Origin: Parasitella parasitica NRRL 2501
Lineage: Eukaryota; Fungi; Mucoromycota
DNA: 64,000 nucleotides
Assembly: GCA_025201805.1 (NCBI GenBank)
Contig: MU619272.1
Span: 172,292 to 236,291, forward strand
Reading direction: 5' to 3'
Every line of letters begins with the position of its first letter. Positions within the stretch are counted from its first letter, which is position 1. Made by a program: the position numbers and the translations under genes. Shown here one piece after another: positions 1-12,840 of the stretch. The notes beneath the pieces are model-generated. The model saw nothing but the letters and a program-made list of their open reading frames with translations, made no database searches and was not told the DNA's origin.

Positions 1-177
1 AATCATTGATTTTGACAGATCAAATGATGATGACCAAGTGCGGCGATCATTTAAATGCTACAAATGCAGGCTCGTGAGATAAAATAAACATATCACATAT
101 GCTTCTTTCTCACAGATAAAGTACTGACATATTTGCTTCATCATCTTCCTATGATAATTTTTACTTTTAGTATCGCA

Positions 178-1200
178 ATGCCTAAAAACTTTAATCAAAG
201 TTTCCATGTCGAATCAACTGATCCCAGACATTTCCATAAAAAAAGAGGCCCATAAGCAAAAATCTCAGCTGCAAAGCGCAAGGCTATCATCAACAATGTG
301 TTAGAGGCAGGCAGCACTGTTACCAAAGCAGCAAGCGAGTATCGTGTTGCCTTTTCAACTATAAACTCTGTCATGAAAGTTTATAACAAAGAGGGCCGAG
401 AAGAGATCAAATCCAGAGGCATTTGTCATGTAAATTAACTATGAAATTTCTGAATTCATAAGAGATACTCTTGATAAGGATAATGTTCATACTTTACAGG
501 ATCTTCAGCAGAAATTTTTCGAAGAATTCACGGTTGAAATATCATTGTCAACAATTCATGGACATTTGTATCACAAAATCTTGTATATTTTAAAAGCTGC
601 AAAACCGTTGGTTGTCAAAAGAAACGATGAAGATAGCCATAAGCAACGAGACAAGTACGTCAATAAGTCCACAGCCAGTGTCATCAATTACAACATCAAC
701 TGTATCTTCGTTGAGGAAGCTGGCTTCAATAGTTTCCAGACCAAGAAATTTGCAAGTTCGGTAAAAGGCAAATCAGTTATCGTCTACAATCAGAAGGCGA
801 CCATTCTTGCCGCAATCTTTCATAACGATGTTGAGAAGATTAATGCAAATAGAGTACCTGAAGGAACAAGTGTAAAAATCTGTTGATTTTCTCAGAGTGT
901 TGTCAGACTCAATGAAGGACGAGACAATCCTACACTACAGTATAGAGCTTACGAACAGGATCAATTAAAAAACTAATCGCTTTATTAAAAAAAGTTACTA
1001 GATCATATCTGCAAGCTTTTAAGAATAATAATACAGAATTTTTCGTTCCACAAGATGTTTAACAACATGGAAATCATAATTGTTGAAGCATCGAGGTAAC
1101 AACCACATATGCGACTTTCTCCTCAAGCCAATTCCTTTTTTGAATAGTGGGGAACTCCAAGAGAACACGGTACATACGATCGAAGATTGTCTCAAGTTGC
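178..1200 (+). mobile_element. Degenerate Tc1/mariner (IS630-Tc1) transposase pseudogene
   Basis: From ATG 178: MPKNF...KRGP*AKISAAKRKAII...TVTKAASEYRVAFSTINSV (HTH-like, in-frame stop at ~253). After a frameshift: TLQDLQQKFFEEFTVEISLSTIHGHL...KRND...NCIFVEEAGFN, matching Tc1 'CVFIDEAGFN' with the first catalytic D changed to E. At ~1085-1145 HRGNNHICDFLLKPIPFLN resembles the 'LPPYSPFLNPIE' motif. Confidence 0.75.
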
Positions 1201-2373
1201 GGAAGTGTGGCATCTTCTTTCTGAGGAAAGAGACAATAATCTTAAATAAATTTTTGTCAATAGCTACGTTAAAAAGCTTAAGGTTTTTGCCATGCAAACC
1301 ATTAAAAACCAAGTAACATTGCCCGTGCTATTATCTATGAATAATGATACAAGCTGGAAGTTTATAGGAAAACAAAGAGCAGCACTACCATCTTCCTGGG
1401 ATGAGCGTATCAAAAGTTGTCTGTACAAAATACTTATTCTTTCATGATAGACATCAGATATTTGCTCGTAACTTTTGCTAGAACCGAGATCCAACTTGGA
1501 AAACTTTGCGTTAACTTGCGGCTAACTGGCAAACACATTTGCATCGATGTTTTCATTGGAATCTAGAAAGTCATTAGCAAAAACCACTGATATACATATA
1601 TATATATATGCTATCTGATACGTGTTCGATAAAGAGCCAAATAAAGCCTGCTTTATCCTTCATTGAATCACGCATAATCATCGCTATCTGAGCATCCTAC
1701 TTTTTCAATATCGTGAACTGATAGCCGCCAACTTTATACATTCAAATCCCACCCCACCCTAGCCCATTTCATTCTACTCTGATTTCAATTCTTTTTTCAC
1801 ATGAAGGACGCTATTTGCAATGGCCAGCACTTGTCAAAGCTACTGATGGAAGAAAACTTGAGGCTAGCTTCGAATGATGACCCCACTAAGAACTATATTG
1901 AGAAGTGAACATTTGCTAAAGTAAATTGCATAGTATGTAGTTTATGGTATGAGATAGCGTGCAATAAAAAGGCTATTCAACCTGACTGTACACGTTAGAA
2001 GCTGTCTGAATCCAAATGAATGTATGAGCTCAATGCTTGTAAAGAAGACTGGAATCTTGTCATCAACTTGAAGATGCATACTGTCGGTGGTCTAAAGTAA
2101 TGTACAAAGAGAAAAACTGTCAAGGAGAGGGATTCTTGAGAATAGTTGATACTTGTAACAGCGTCTATGTGGGGGGGGGGAAGGATTGTGAGGATTTTTC
2201 CGTTATATCAACGCAATGTTGCAAGTATGGTTGAATGAGGTATTTTTCTTTATTTGTGGCAATCTCTGAAAAGGTCCGATAACCCCTAGTAAAAAATACT
2301 ATAAATACTATGAAAAAAAAAACAAAATGGGAGGAGCTTTTTCTTTTTTTGTTCTGCACCAACAAATTAAATC

Positions 2374-5300
2374 ATGGGCTCCCACCATCGTTCTGGAAGC
2401 AGACAAAGAAGCTTGTCCCCCGGAGGCAGTAGCAAAAGACAAAGACGCTCCTATAGAGATCGAAGCCGCTCTCGTGATAGACATCGCTCATCCTCCCACC
2501 GCCATCATCGTTCCTCGCGCTACGAAGATTCTCGTCACAATGACTCTCGTTATGACGATAGAGCATACCACACTTCTTCCTCCTCGTCTCGCCGTCATTA
2601 CGATAATGTAAGTGTAAATGATAAAAGAACCCTTTCACGTGAGCCAACATCAAGAAAAGATGCTGTAGGCAACTCTTCAGCAGTATCGTCTACAGATACT
2701 CACACTGTAAGTCTATGATTTGCGCTTTTTGTAGGTTCAATTACTAATCCACTTGAACAGAAAACAGCCACAGTTTCAACGCCTGACTCTTCTGCCACGT
2801 CTACTGCGGATGCTGATGAAGCACTGCTTAAGAAACAAGAGCGAGTTCGTAAATGGAAGGAAGCAAAGCGATTGAAGGACGAGGAGGAAGCAAAGCAGAA
2901 GGCTGCTACACAGCAGGACGAAGAAGAAAAGAAAAAGTTGGCCATTGCTGCTGCGGAAAAAGAAGCAGAGGAGTTACGCCTCAAACAGGAGCAAAAAGAA
3001 GCGCTAGAGAAGCAAAAGCAAGAAGAAGCAGAAAAGAATCAGCAACCTAAAGAAGAGCCTCAGTTACTTCAACAGTTTGCAGCCATGAAAAAAGCTGCTG
3101 CTGAAGCCGCTGCCAAAGAAGAAGCCGAATCTGCTGCTAAAGAGGATGCTGACATGCAAGAAAATGGCAAGGAAGCAACTCAACATTCTGAAGAGAATGA
3201 AGAATCAGAAACAAATGGCAAGAAATGGAGCTTTGATGATGACTCTGAATCAGACGATGACAATGATATGGACGTCGATGGCGACGACAAGAAAAAAGAA
3301 GCCCAAGAGGAAGCTGCAAAAGCTGCCGAAGAAGCCGAGAGAACGTTCAAACCGCTTCAGTCAAAAGACGACGACACCAAAGAAGACGATGACTCTGTTT
3401 TGTTGAAGCCTAAAAAATCCTTCTTAATGTCTAACAAATCAACAAAACCTAAAAATGCTATGCGAATGGGGTTTGGCTTGGGAAAATCAAAAATGACAAT
3501 GAAGAAATCTGCCCCGTCTGTTGCTCCTGCTGTAACTACCAAAGACATGCAAGTCGAAAAGAAGCCTGCCACGCCTGATCCTGTTGATACAGAAATGAAG
3601 GATTCTGACGATGTCGATCCTTTGGAGGCTTATATGCTTGATGTTCATGCTGAAACTAGAAAAATCAACGAGCAAGACAAAAAAAGACTGGTGCTGATGA
3701 ATAGCAATAGCAACAATAAGCGAAGAGGCTCGATTGTCGAGGAGGAGGAAGATGACGCTCCAACTAGGGATGCGAATGCTGAAGAAGAAGACATTGGAAG
3801 TGACCCTGAAGACATTTTAGCGTAAGTACTAATGAATAATATAGTTTTACATATATCTATATTGAGTATGTACTGATGCTTTATATGCTTTGTAGATTGG
3901 CGGCTAAAAAAGTGAAAAGAAAGGATATTGCACCTGTGGATCATAGCAAAATGAACTACGAGTTTTTCCGCAAGGACTTCTATATTGAACCACCAGAGCT
4001 AAAAGAAATGACACCAGAGCAAGTTGAATTGCTTCGCATTGAATTAGATGGCATCAAAATTCGAGGCGTGAATTGTCCCAAGCCTATTACTAAATGGACT
4101 CACTGCGGCTTACCTGCTGGCTGTTTAGAAGTTATCCGCAAACTAAAGTACGAGAAACCGACATCAATTCAAGCGCAAGCTATCCCTGCTATCATGAATG
4201 GTCGTGATGTTATTGGTGTTGCAAAAACTGGTTCTGGCAAGACTATCGCATTTCTGCTGCCCATGTTCCGCCACATCAAAGACCAAAGGCCTTTGGAAGC
4301 AGGCGAAGGCCCGATTGCTATCATTATGTCACCTACTCGTGAATTAGCAACGCAAATTCATAGAGAATGCAAACCTTTTTTGAAGATTTTGAATTTGCGA
4401 GCTGTTTGTGCCTATGGTGGTAGCCCAATCAAAGACCAAATTGCTGATCTCAAACGTGGCTGTGAGATTATAGTGTGTACACCAGGCCGTATGATTGATC
4501 TTCTCTGTGCCAATTCAGGTCGTGTTACTAATCTTCGTCGTGTTACTTATTTGGTCATGGACGAAGCAGATCGTATGTTTGACATGGGATTTGAACCTCA
4601 AGTCATGAAAATTATGAATAACGTGCGTCCTAGCCGTCAAACCGTGTTGTTTTCTGCTACATTTCCTCGTCAAATGGAAGCGCTGGCTCGTAAAGTACTT
4701 AAAAAACCTTTGGAAATCACTGTTGGTGGTCGTAGTGTTGTTTGCGATGATGTGAACCAAATCGTGGAAGTGAGAGAACATGACACAAAGTTTGTTCGAT
4801 TGCTTGAGATTTTGGGCGATTTATACAACGATTTTGGTGAGGAAGAGGCAAGCGCCCTTATTTTTGTTGACCGACATGAGGCAGCTGATAATCTATTGAG
4901 AGATCTCATGCGTCGTGGCTATATTTGCCAGTCTTTGCACGGTGGTAAAGACCAAGCTGACAGAGACAGCACAATCGCAGACTTCAAATCAGGCGTCACC
5001 AGCGTTCTTATTGCTACTTCTGTTGCTGCCCGTGGTTTGGATGTCAAGAATTTGAAAGTTGTCATTAACTATGAATGTCCAAACCATTTAGAAGATTATG
5101 TTCATCGTGTTGGTCGCACTGGCCGTGCGGGTAACAAAGGTACTGCGTATACATTCATCACTCCAGATCAAGACCGTTATGCAATGGATATTTGTAAAGC
5201 TTTAAAACTCAGTGGCCAAACAATCCCTCCAGACGTTCAGGCCTTGTCTGATGCATTCCAAAACAAAGTAAAAGAAGGTAAAGAACGAGCTTCTGGATCA

Positions 5301-6034
5301 GGCTTTGGAGGCAAAGGTCTTGAAAGATTAGACAAGGACCGAGATCTTGTCAAAAAATTCCAAAAGAAAGCTTATGGTGGCAATGAAGATGACTCTGATG
5401 AAGAAGAAATTGAACTTCAAAGTACTGTTGTTGCTCCCGGCATCACCGCTGCTGCATCCGCTGCTGCTGCCGCTGCTAAATTAGTACTGGAGTCTGATGG
5501 CAAGAAGGATACGAATGGCAAAGAAGATTCCGGCGTATCTCCAGCTGCAATTGCTGCCAAAAAAGCTGCTGCAATGGTTGCGGCTCGTATTAATGCTCTT
5601 GGTGGCTCTTCCGCGACTAGTCAAATAGCTACTGAAGATGGAGAAGTTCGACCTGTGTATGCTGAAGAAATTGTAATTAATGATTATCCTCAGAAAGCAA
5701 GATGGAGAGTGACAAATAAGGTAAATCAGAAAAGCGCATACGCTTGTTTTTTTTCTTTTACTAACATTGTGTAAATATATAGGAGCAAATTAATCAAATC
5801 ACGGAAGTCTCTGGTGCTGCCATTACGACCCGTGGCTCCTTCTTTCCTCCTGGCAAACAGCCAAATGGTAATGAACGCAAGCTTTATCTGTTTATTGAAG
5901 GTGATTCCGAAATGGTTGTTGAAAAAGCAAAGAATGAGATCAAACGTATTTTGGTGGAAGCAACGGCAGCACAAATGGAAGCAGAAGCAAGAGGTGGGGG
6001 ACCTGGCGGTTCTGGTAGATACCAGGTTGTTTAG
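2374..6034 (+). CDS. PRP5: Pre-mRNA-processing DEAD-box RNA helicase Prp5/DDX46 (4 exons; introns ~2707-2734, 3822-3895, 5721-5782)
   Basis: RS-rich N-terminus, DPLEAYM motif, [32 protein letters not shown]-terminal [33 protein letters not shown] ending GRYQVV*. Confidence 0.95.
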
Positions 6035-6273
6035 CCCACAATTGCTCAATTATCAATCTCTCTTCTTTCCTTTTCTTCTAGTCTAATAAAGTTTTTTTTT
6101 TTTTTTTTCATCACTTTCTTTGAGATGTAGGTCAAAGCACAGATGTTTAAAACCCTTTTATTCTTTCTCGATAATTATGATGGGAGGTATCTCAAACCAC
6201 ACAGCTTCAAAAGTGTACTATTAAGCAGGGCAATATGCTATTATGGAACATCAATACATAAAGCTTTATGTAA

Positions 6274-7202
6274 TCAATCAAGCCATAATTGCCATCCATG
6301 CACGGTCGAACGAACTTCTTCGTCTCCAGGATCTGTCTCAAACATAACGCCCATTTTCTGTGTCATGAAATGGTCTACCTTGAATCCATAACCTATCAAA
6401 TCTCTATCTTCATTACACACATCATCACGCACTGGGCGTTGAGCAATATCAAAAAATTGTAAATCGCGATGAGCCAAATGAGGTCTATGATGAGTATAAA
6501 ACACATAAGCACGCCCTGTCTTGGGTGTCAAAAGTTCACGGCATGTTTTGAGCATTGCATGATGTTGAGAATGGTTGAAAACGAGGTCACTCAAGATCAA
6601 TACATCGTAAGTTTGCTTTCCATCTGGTAAATGAGAGCGAAGTCTGTCAGTAGCTGTGCCCCAAACATAGCCCTCCACAATGACAGGTAAACTCGGCGTG
6701 TTGTGTTCTATGTTGAATTTGATATTGTCGATTAATTCCGCATCCGGGTAGTCGGTAACAACTACCTTGGACGCACCGTTGAGTGCTGCAATCAGGCTAG
6801 GAAGAGCTCCACCAGCTCCTAATTCTAGAATGTATTTATCTTGGACAAGGCGAGGATGTGCATCGAAAAGCGAAGCAAATACTTTGGAAGCATTCCATAA
6901 ATGATGAGCCCAGAGCGGATGAGATCCCACCAGTTTAATCTTTATCTCCTTAAAATCATCATCTATTAAAAAAAAAAAAAAAAAGAGTTGGTCATATGCA
7001 TCAACTGGTACAGCTGTGTATGTATACCTTTGACGCTGTCTCTTGTATAGCATTCAAATGTGGGTTCAATTTGGGCTGTTTCGTTCTCGGATTCGGCCTA
7101 GAGATTTGTTAATTTCAGTCGTTTAAGGTTTAACTCATTGTTTTACTTTACACCAAATAAATCACCAGCAAAGCCATCCTCTTCATCAGAGTATTGAGAC
7201 AT
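6274..7202 (-). CDS. EFM7: Protein N-terminal/lysine methyltransferase Efm7/Nnt1 (spliced)
   Basis: LVGSHPLWAHHLWNAS, motif I LELGAGGALPS, VVTDYPD, LSDLVFNH, FYTHHRP; short 5' exons start MSQYSDEEDGFAGDLF at 7202. Confidence 0.88.
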
Positions 7203-7292
7203 TCTATTTTGTACTGAAAAGGGCTCTCATCATGCAGAACAAATCTTTTAAAAAATTATAAATGATCATACAAGCCACGGCTGGGATTTTAT

Positions 7293-8746
7293 TCACTTGG
7301 GTGGTAGACACAGACTCTCGAGTCTGTCTACCGTTAGTAAATGATGGTAATCTACAATGCCTTGAAACAAGGATTCATCCAGTTTGATGCCATTCAAAGG
7401 CACCCAGTCGATATTTTTGACTAGTAAATAATTGAAAGTGGATGGCTTGTACCAAAGAGGTAGTATGAAAAACGCATCTTGAATCTGAACTTGCAAACAA
7501 ATGCCTTCGTCTATCGAGCCAATGGACCTTGCAACCACACTAAAATTGTATTCCTTGCCTACTTCTATCCCACTATCTAGCTTTAGCTGTAATTCTGATG
7601 ATTCGGTATTTAAGGCAAGCAAAATTTGATTGCCAAAGAAAACAGGTTCTTCGGCATTGTTTTCTTGCCATGTCGTCGCTGCCTGTTTTTTCGCCGCTGA
7701 TAAATCTTGACGGTACAATGGCTCAAATGCAGATTGCAAATATGCACTAATGTTTGGTGATAGCTTGAGTGCAATAAGCCAATCAATTTTTTTAAGGGAA
7801 AATGTATTGGTTGAACTAATCATTTGACCATAGTTCTCAATGACCATGTTAGCCTCTGTGAATGGCTTACCGGCACGTCTCAATGCAAGAATGGCAGCAT
7901 TGTGAGTGTCAAGCATTGCTTTCACAGTCTTGTGTTCCCATTCCGGATTATATTTAGGGCTTGCTGGAGCCACACAAACCAGCTTCCCGGTTTTGATCAA
8001 ACCTAGTGCTTTCATTCTAACAAGATACTCTTTAAAGACACAGATATGAGATTGTCGATCATCCCACATGACGATATCGGTGAGTGACGGAAAATTATCC
8101 AGGATGTTGACGATAAATGAAGTTTTGAAATGCAAGGTAGTTTCGAATACATTGGGTTCGTGATTAAACATGAGTCCACTGGAAGAATCGAGCTTGTTGG
8201 ATTCAGGATCAGGGCGAAGGCCCACAATGTCAAATTCAAGTTCTTTGGAAGCTAGGATGTCGTCTATGAGGGCATGGAAGGGATGGTAACGTCGACCCGT
8301 CAACAGCACTGTTAAATGCGAGGGATTGGCCATGGATTCTTTCACTTGCGCTACAACATCTTCGTTCCAATATCGACCCCATGGATTATCTTTATCCAAA
8401 TGCAACTGAAGGCTGCGGATATCACGCCACCATCCAGGACCTAGCAAATTCTCGGTGGTGATTGAGTTCACAAATGAACTATGCCAAATGTTAGGACTTA
8501 GTAGAGGGGACAAGAAGAGGGTCGAGTCGAAATCAAAGATATCCAATGCCGTAACACAACGCTCTGGTAGTCGCTTTGATCGATACAAGGGAGAGTTTTG
8601 TAATTGGCGGGATAGAACCTCCTATATTCAAGCAAGAAAGGTGTTACAAATTATACATTGCCTTATGCAAGTATATGTTTTCTCACCTTTTCCAAGTCAG
8701 AGATTTCACTAACATTCATCCGCATGCTGCTATCTGTTATAAGCAT
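7293..8746 (-). CDS. HAD-domain 'Swiss Army knife' RNA-repair-like protein (HAD_SAK_1 type)
   Basis: IFDFDSTLFLSP (DxDxT), VLLTGR, T..FKTSFI, MWDDR; one 5' intron ~8622-8686. Confidence 0.8.
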
Positions 8747-8938
8747 TCTTTATGATGAACAAGAGGAAAAGGTATGAAAATGACAAAAAAAAAAAATAAT
8801 TGTGTTCAATGTTTTCTGTTGAAAGCCAGTTTTTTTTTACGCCCAAGGGTTCCGATCTTTTTAATAAACATTGAGAAAGACGAAGCATTTTGTGTAATAG
8901 CAGGCATTTACTAATTGTTATAATAGGGAGGTTTCTTT

Positions 8939-10346
8939 TTAATGAGGCACGTCATTGTTTTTCATTTCTTCGGTTGTCATGGGAACAAAATTATCAACAT
9001 CGACTCCTTTGGCTGCCAATTCAGCTCTACAATGAGAAGGAACAACCATGGGGATCAAATCTGTTTGTATCGATAACTCTGATGTGACATGTTAAACCCC
9101 TTCCTTCATGTAATACAGTTTGTAGCTTACCATGACGTGTGAAGTTGAATAAAGGCGGCATTGGTTTTCCATTTATCATGACAACATCTGGTCTACGAAG
9201 TTCGTCAAAAAATGGGTCGGCTAACGATTGAAAAGCTGTTAAACGTTGGAGAGGTTCATATTGTAATGTCTTAGTGACAAAAGCAATCGCATCATCGGGT
9301 GTACGAGGATAGAATATTTTAGAAAATGGATGAGGTTTAATTTGAGGGAATCGGTGCTCAGTGTAGGAGGGATTCATAGCTAGTAGTTGCTCTTTAGTAG
9401 GTGTGCCCAATACTTTAATGATTTCAACCAATTGATCTATTGCGCTTTCTCCAGGGAATAATGGTCTCTTTAACATCAATTCTGCCATAACACAGCCTGC
9501 AGACCAAACATCAATGCTACATGTATAATTTGTTGCTCCAAAAATAAGTTCTGGTGCTCTGTAGTATCGAGAACAAATGTAAGAAACATTAGGCTCTCCA
9601 GCATGAAGCGCCTTTGCACTGTTTAAGGTTTAGTGAGAACAGTTAATCCAGCCTGGAGATCTACCGTACCTTCCAAAATCACAAAGTTTAAGTACACCAG
9701 TGTTTGGATCAATCAGTAAATTTTGAGGCTTGATATCACGGTGACAAATGCCGAGTGAATGAATAAAAGCAAGGGCGCGCATTAACTGATACGTGTAAAG
9801 TTTAACGTAGAGCATAGGCACAGGTTTACTAGCTTTTGCGTAATTACGTGAAGTGCGATATAGAGTTTCTGGAATATATTCTAACACCAAGTTGAGATAA
9901 ACATCATCTTCCTTCATTTGATCGTGGCTATAAAAAAATGCCTTCAAAGCGACAACATTTGGGTGTCTCACACAGCGCATGATCTGTAATTCTCGATTCT
10001 GATTTCAATGGTTACTAACACCTTCTTTCTCGCCATCTTCATCTCAATTTTGCGTACGAACCTTGAATCGCTTATCCTGGAATACCTTTTTGATGGCAAC
10101 ACTTTCTCCTGTTTCCACAACTTTGGCTTGATAAACAACGCCAAAAGAACCATTGCCAGCAACCTTGTAGGTTGTATATCTAAACGTAATATCTTTTCCC
10201 GTTCTACCATCCTTTGCCTGTTCTTCATGTATTTTGGTTGGATCACTATCACCACCTATACATGTGTATCAGTATTTCATGATCTCTCATTTATATTTTT
10301 CTTTCTTACCGGTAATTTTCATACCACTCATAGGTCCGTGTGCCAT
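8939..10346 (-). CDS. gsk3: Glycogen synthase kinase-3 family Ser/Thr kinase (spliced)
   Basis: [77 protein letters not shown]. Confidence 0.93.
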
Positions 10347-10632
10347 TGCTCGGGAACTATCTCTTTACACAAAATTATTCGAGAGGGAAGAAAGAAAAAG
10401 GAATTTATCTGTTTATTGACTAGTAAACCTAGAGAGGAGTAACCTTAGAGAGGAAAGTTAGAATAAAAGAAGTAAAAAAAAGCAGAAGAAAGGAAGAAGA
10501 GTAATGAAATAAGGAGGGAATTTTAAATGGAAATTTTTATATGGGTGATGATGGAGTAAACGAAAAATGGCAAAAGTTTATCAAAATAATACATCGTTAC
10601 TTAGCAACAGACTACCAATCAGTTAGAGGCGG

Positions 10633-11722
10633 TTATTTAAACGAAAGTGTGCCTTTGTCTACCATTTCGACCAAAACGTGTATCCACAGTGCAAATAAAA
10701 ACATGTCCAAGGTGATGAATAATGGCTTGGTAAAGAACCATTCTAATAAACACATTCAGCTGCAAATCCATAAAAAAAAAGCCTGCTTTACCTCGGTCAT
10801 TTTGGATGGCTTTGGTGGGAAGCACCATAAGTCTACAGCTATTATCTGCTCCTGCACTTGCCAGGTATTTACCCGACGAATTGAAGGCTAAGCTTGTGAT
10901 TGCAAATCCATGTGCTTTATCTACTTTTAACAACGGCTTGTTTTTGTGGTTTAGATTTTTGCATAATTAAAGGAGTTTTAATTCATTTTGGTCTTACTTT
11001 TAATCCCTGAGCATCAATGAACCCAATGCTCAGATCAGTTGATGCGTAAGCGAGAAGATCACCCGTGGAACTGAGCATTCTTTTTTTTAGTACTTTGTCC
11101 ATCGAAAAAAAAAGTCAAACCGCCTTACTTTATGCTAAAACTTGTTATAGTTTTCCCGCTAATACCCGCTGTCCTTGCCTTGTGAACTGGATATTGATTG
11201 CCTTTTCTTTTCAAGTTCCAAGCACAAACAAATCCGCGTCCTCTCGAGGTTGGATTCACAATAGCGTACATAGTCTCTTCTCCTTTTAAAGTAACTCCAT
11301 AGCTTAATGGATTGAATCAGTAAAGTGTGTTTCGATGCAGGTGCACAACTTACCGACAGGCACGAATTTCACATACTGTGTTTCTGTTTAATTTGGGGCT
11401 GTCAATCACCTGAACCACCGTTCCATCCTGGATGGACAAAATGATTATTGCATTTGATGTAGCCACTGCTACATGCTCTTCTCTAATATCAATGTCGATG
11501 TCCTGCACATTTTTAAATCTTAAAGATGGGAAACATAATGTCCAATCTTGAGTCTTCAGCACAGAAATCTTTCCATCACTAAATCCTGTTACTAGATAAT
11601 TGCCTGATCTACTAAATCGAGTGATTCTTTGATATTCTTCCATTAATTTGCATGTGCTTGTGGATAATGTTAATTTCATATGAAGTTTTCTATAGACAAC
11701 AGTTGAAAAAAAAATCATTAAC

Positions 11723-11792
<70 letters not shown>

Positions 11793-12235
11793 CAGTATCA
11801 AATATACGACAGTTTTGATTATTTCCTTCATGGATAGCATCTTCCGAGCTGTTTATGCCAGCTACTAACAAAGGCATCTAAACAAGTAGGTTAAATCAGC
11901 AAACGTTTACGTGAACAATGACTGCGCAAAGACATACATTGGGATGACAAGCAATTGACATTGGACAATCCTCCTTGTCAGACAATAACACTGTATCGAT
12001 TTGCTCCAATTTGCGATTCTGTTCGTCTACTTTGAAGGATATCTACCCAGAAAGCGTTAATCACGCAACAAACCCCATCTTATCAACAATGTTAAATTAC
12101 CAGATTATTCTTTACGCCAGAGCGATTTGGTCCGCCTCCGCCGCCAGCAATCAGGATATCATCTGCCGTAAAATCGAGACCATATACTGGAAAATCGACC
12201 TTGCTTTTTATAATTATTGGACGAACAACACCCAT
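10633..12235 (-). CDS. SEC12: Sec12/PREB WD40 GEF for Sar1 with C-terminal TM helix (multi-exon)
   Basis: Starts MGVVRPIIIKSKVDFPVYGLDF...IAGGGGGPNRSGVKNNL (Sec12 K-loop GGGG motif), AHGFAITSLAF WD repeat, hydrophobic tail LFITLDMFLFALWIHVLV. Confidence 0.85.
11726..11792. repeat. poly(T)67 homopolymer inside SEC12 (poly-A on the coding strand)
   Basis: Direct reading. Confidence 0.95.
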
Positions 12236-12541
12236 AACAACAATTTTTATTTAAAATAACAAAGAAAAATATAGCGAAATTAGCATGAATAATGAATTAT
12301 GGGGATTGTGGAAAAAACAAATTAATGGTGACTACGTGGTTCAAAAAGTGACACAAAAGGAGATTGTTCCCATAGCAACGGATTCAGGAACGAAATCCGC
12401 ATTGTGCATTTTGATTACATTTTGCCAAGTAACAAAGAAATTATTATAATATGGTACATAATGTGAGAATAATTTGGCCTGCATTGCATGAAATTATCCA
12501 TTTTTGGAATAAAAATACATTAAGAGATGTTTTTTTTTTTG

Positions 12542-12763
12542 CTAGTTTTCATCAGGTTCAAATGAGGAGAGGTCTTCATCAGATGGAGTGCGGTCATATT
12601 CCGTTGCTGAATGAGTGTAGTAGATTGTGTCGACAGTGTAAAATCGAACTGATTTTCCACTTTTGCTGCCATAACTGTTTGTAGAACTTGTTGATCTTTT
12701 TCTGCTTAGATTGGTCTTAAGTTGAGTAGAGATACGACGCCAAGTACGAGAAATTGAAATCAT
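12542..12763 (-). CDS. 73-aa microprotein with RVxF plus THSxxEYDR PP1-binding module (Bni4/neurabin-like)
   Basis: ATG in aaaATG context, TATAAATATA ~70 nt upstream, KSVRF...THSATEYDR. Confidence 0.7.
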   Translation of the reverse strand: MISISRTWRRISTQLKTNLSRKRSTSSTNSYGSKSGKSVRFYTVDTIYYTHSATEYDRTPSDEDLSSFEPDEN

Positions 12764-12830
12764 TTTATGTATTGATGGTGAGTTAAAAAGAAAAAGGAAG
12801 AAATGAAGGATCCAAAGGAAATTTTCATGC

Positions 12831-12840
12831 TATATTTATA
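12831..12840 (-). promoter_or_regulatory. TATA box of the 73-aa gene
   Basis: TATAAATATA on the - strand followed by a pyrimidine-rich 5' UTR. Confidence 0.5.
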
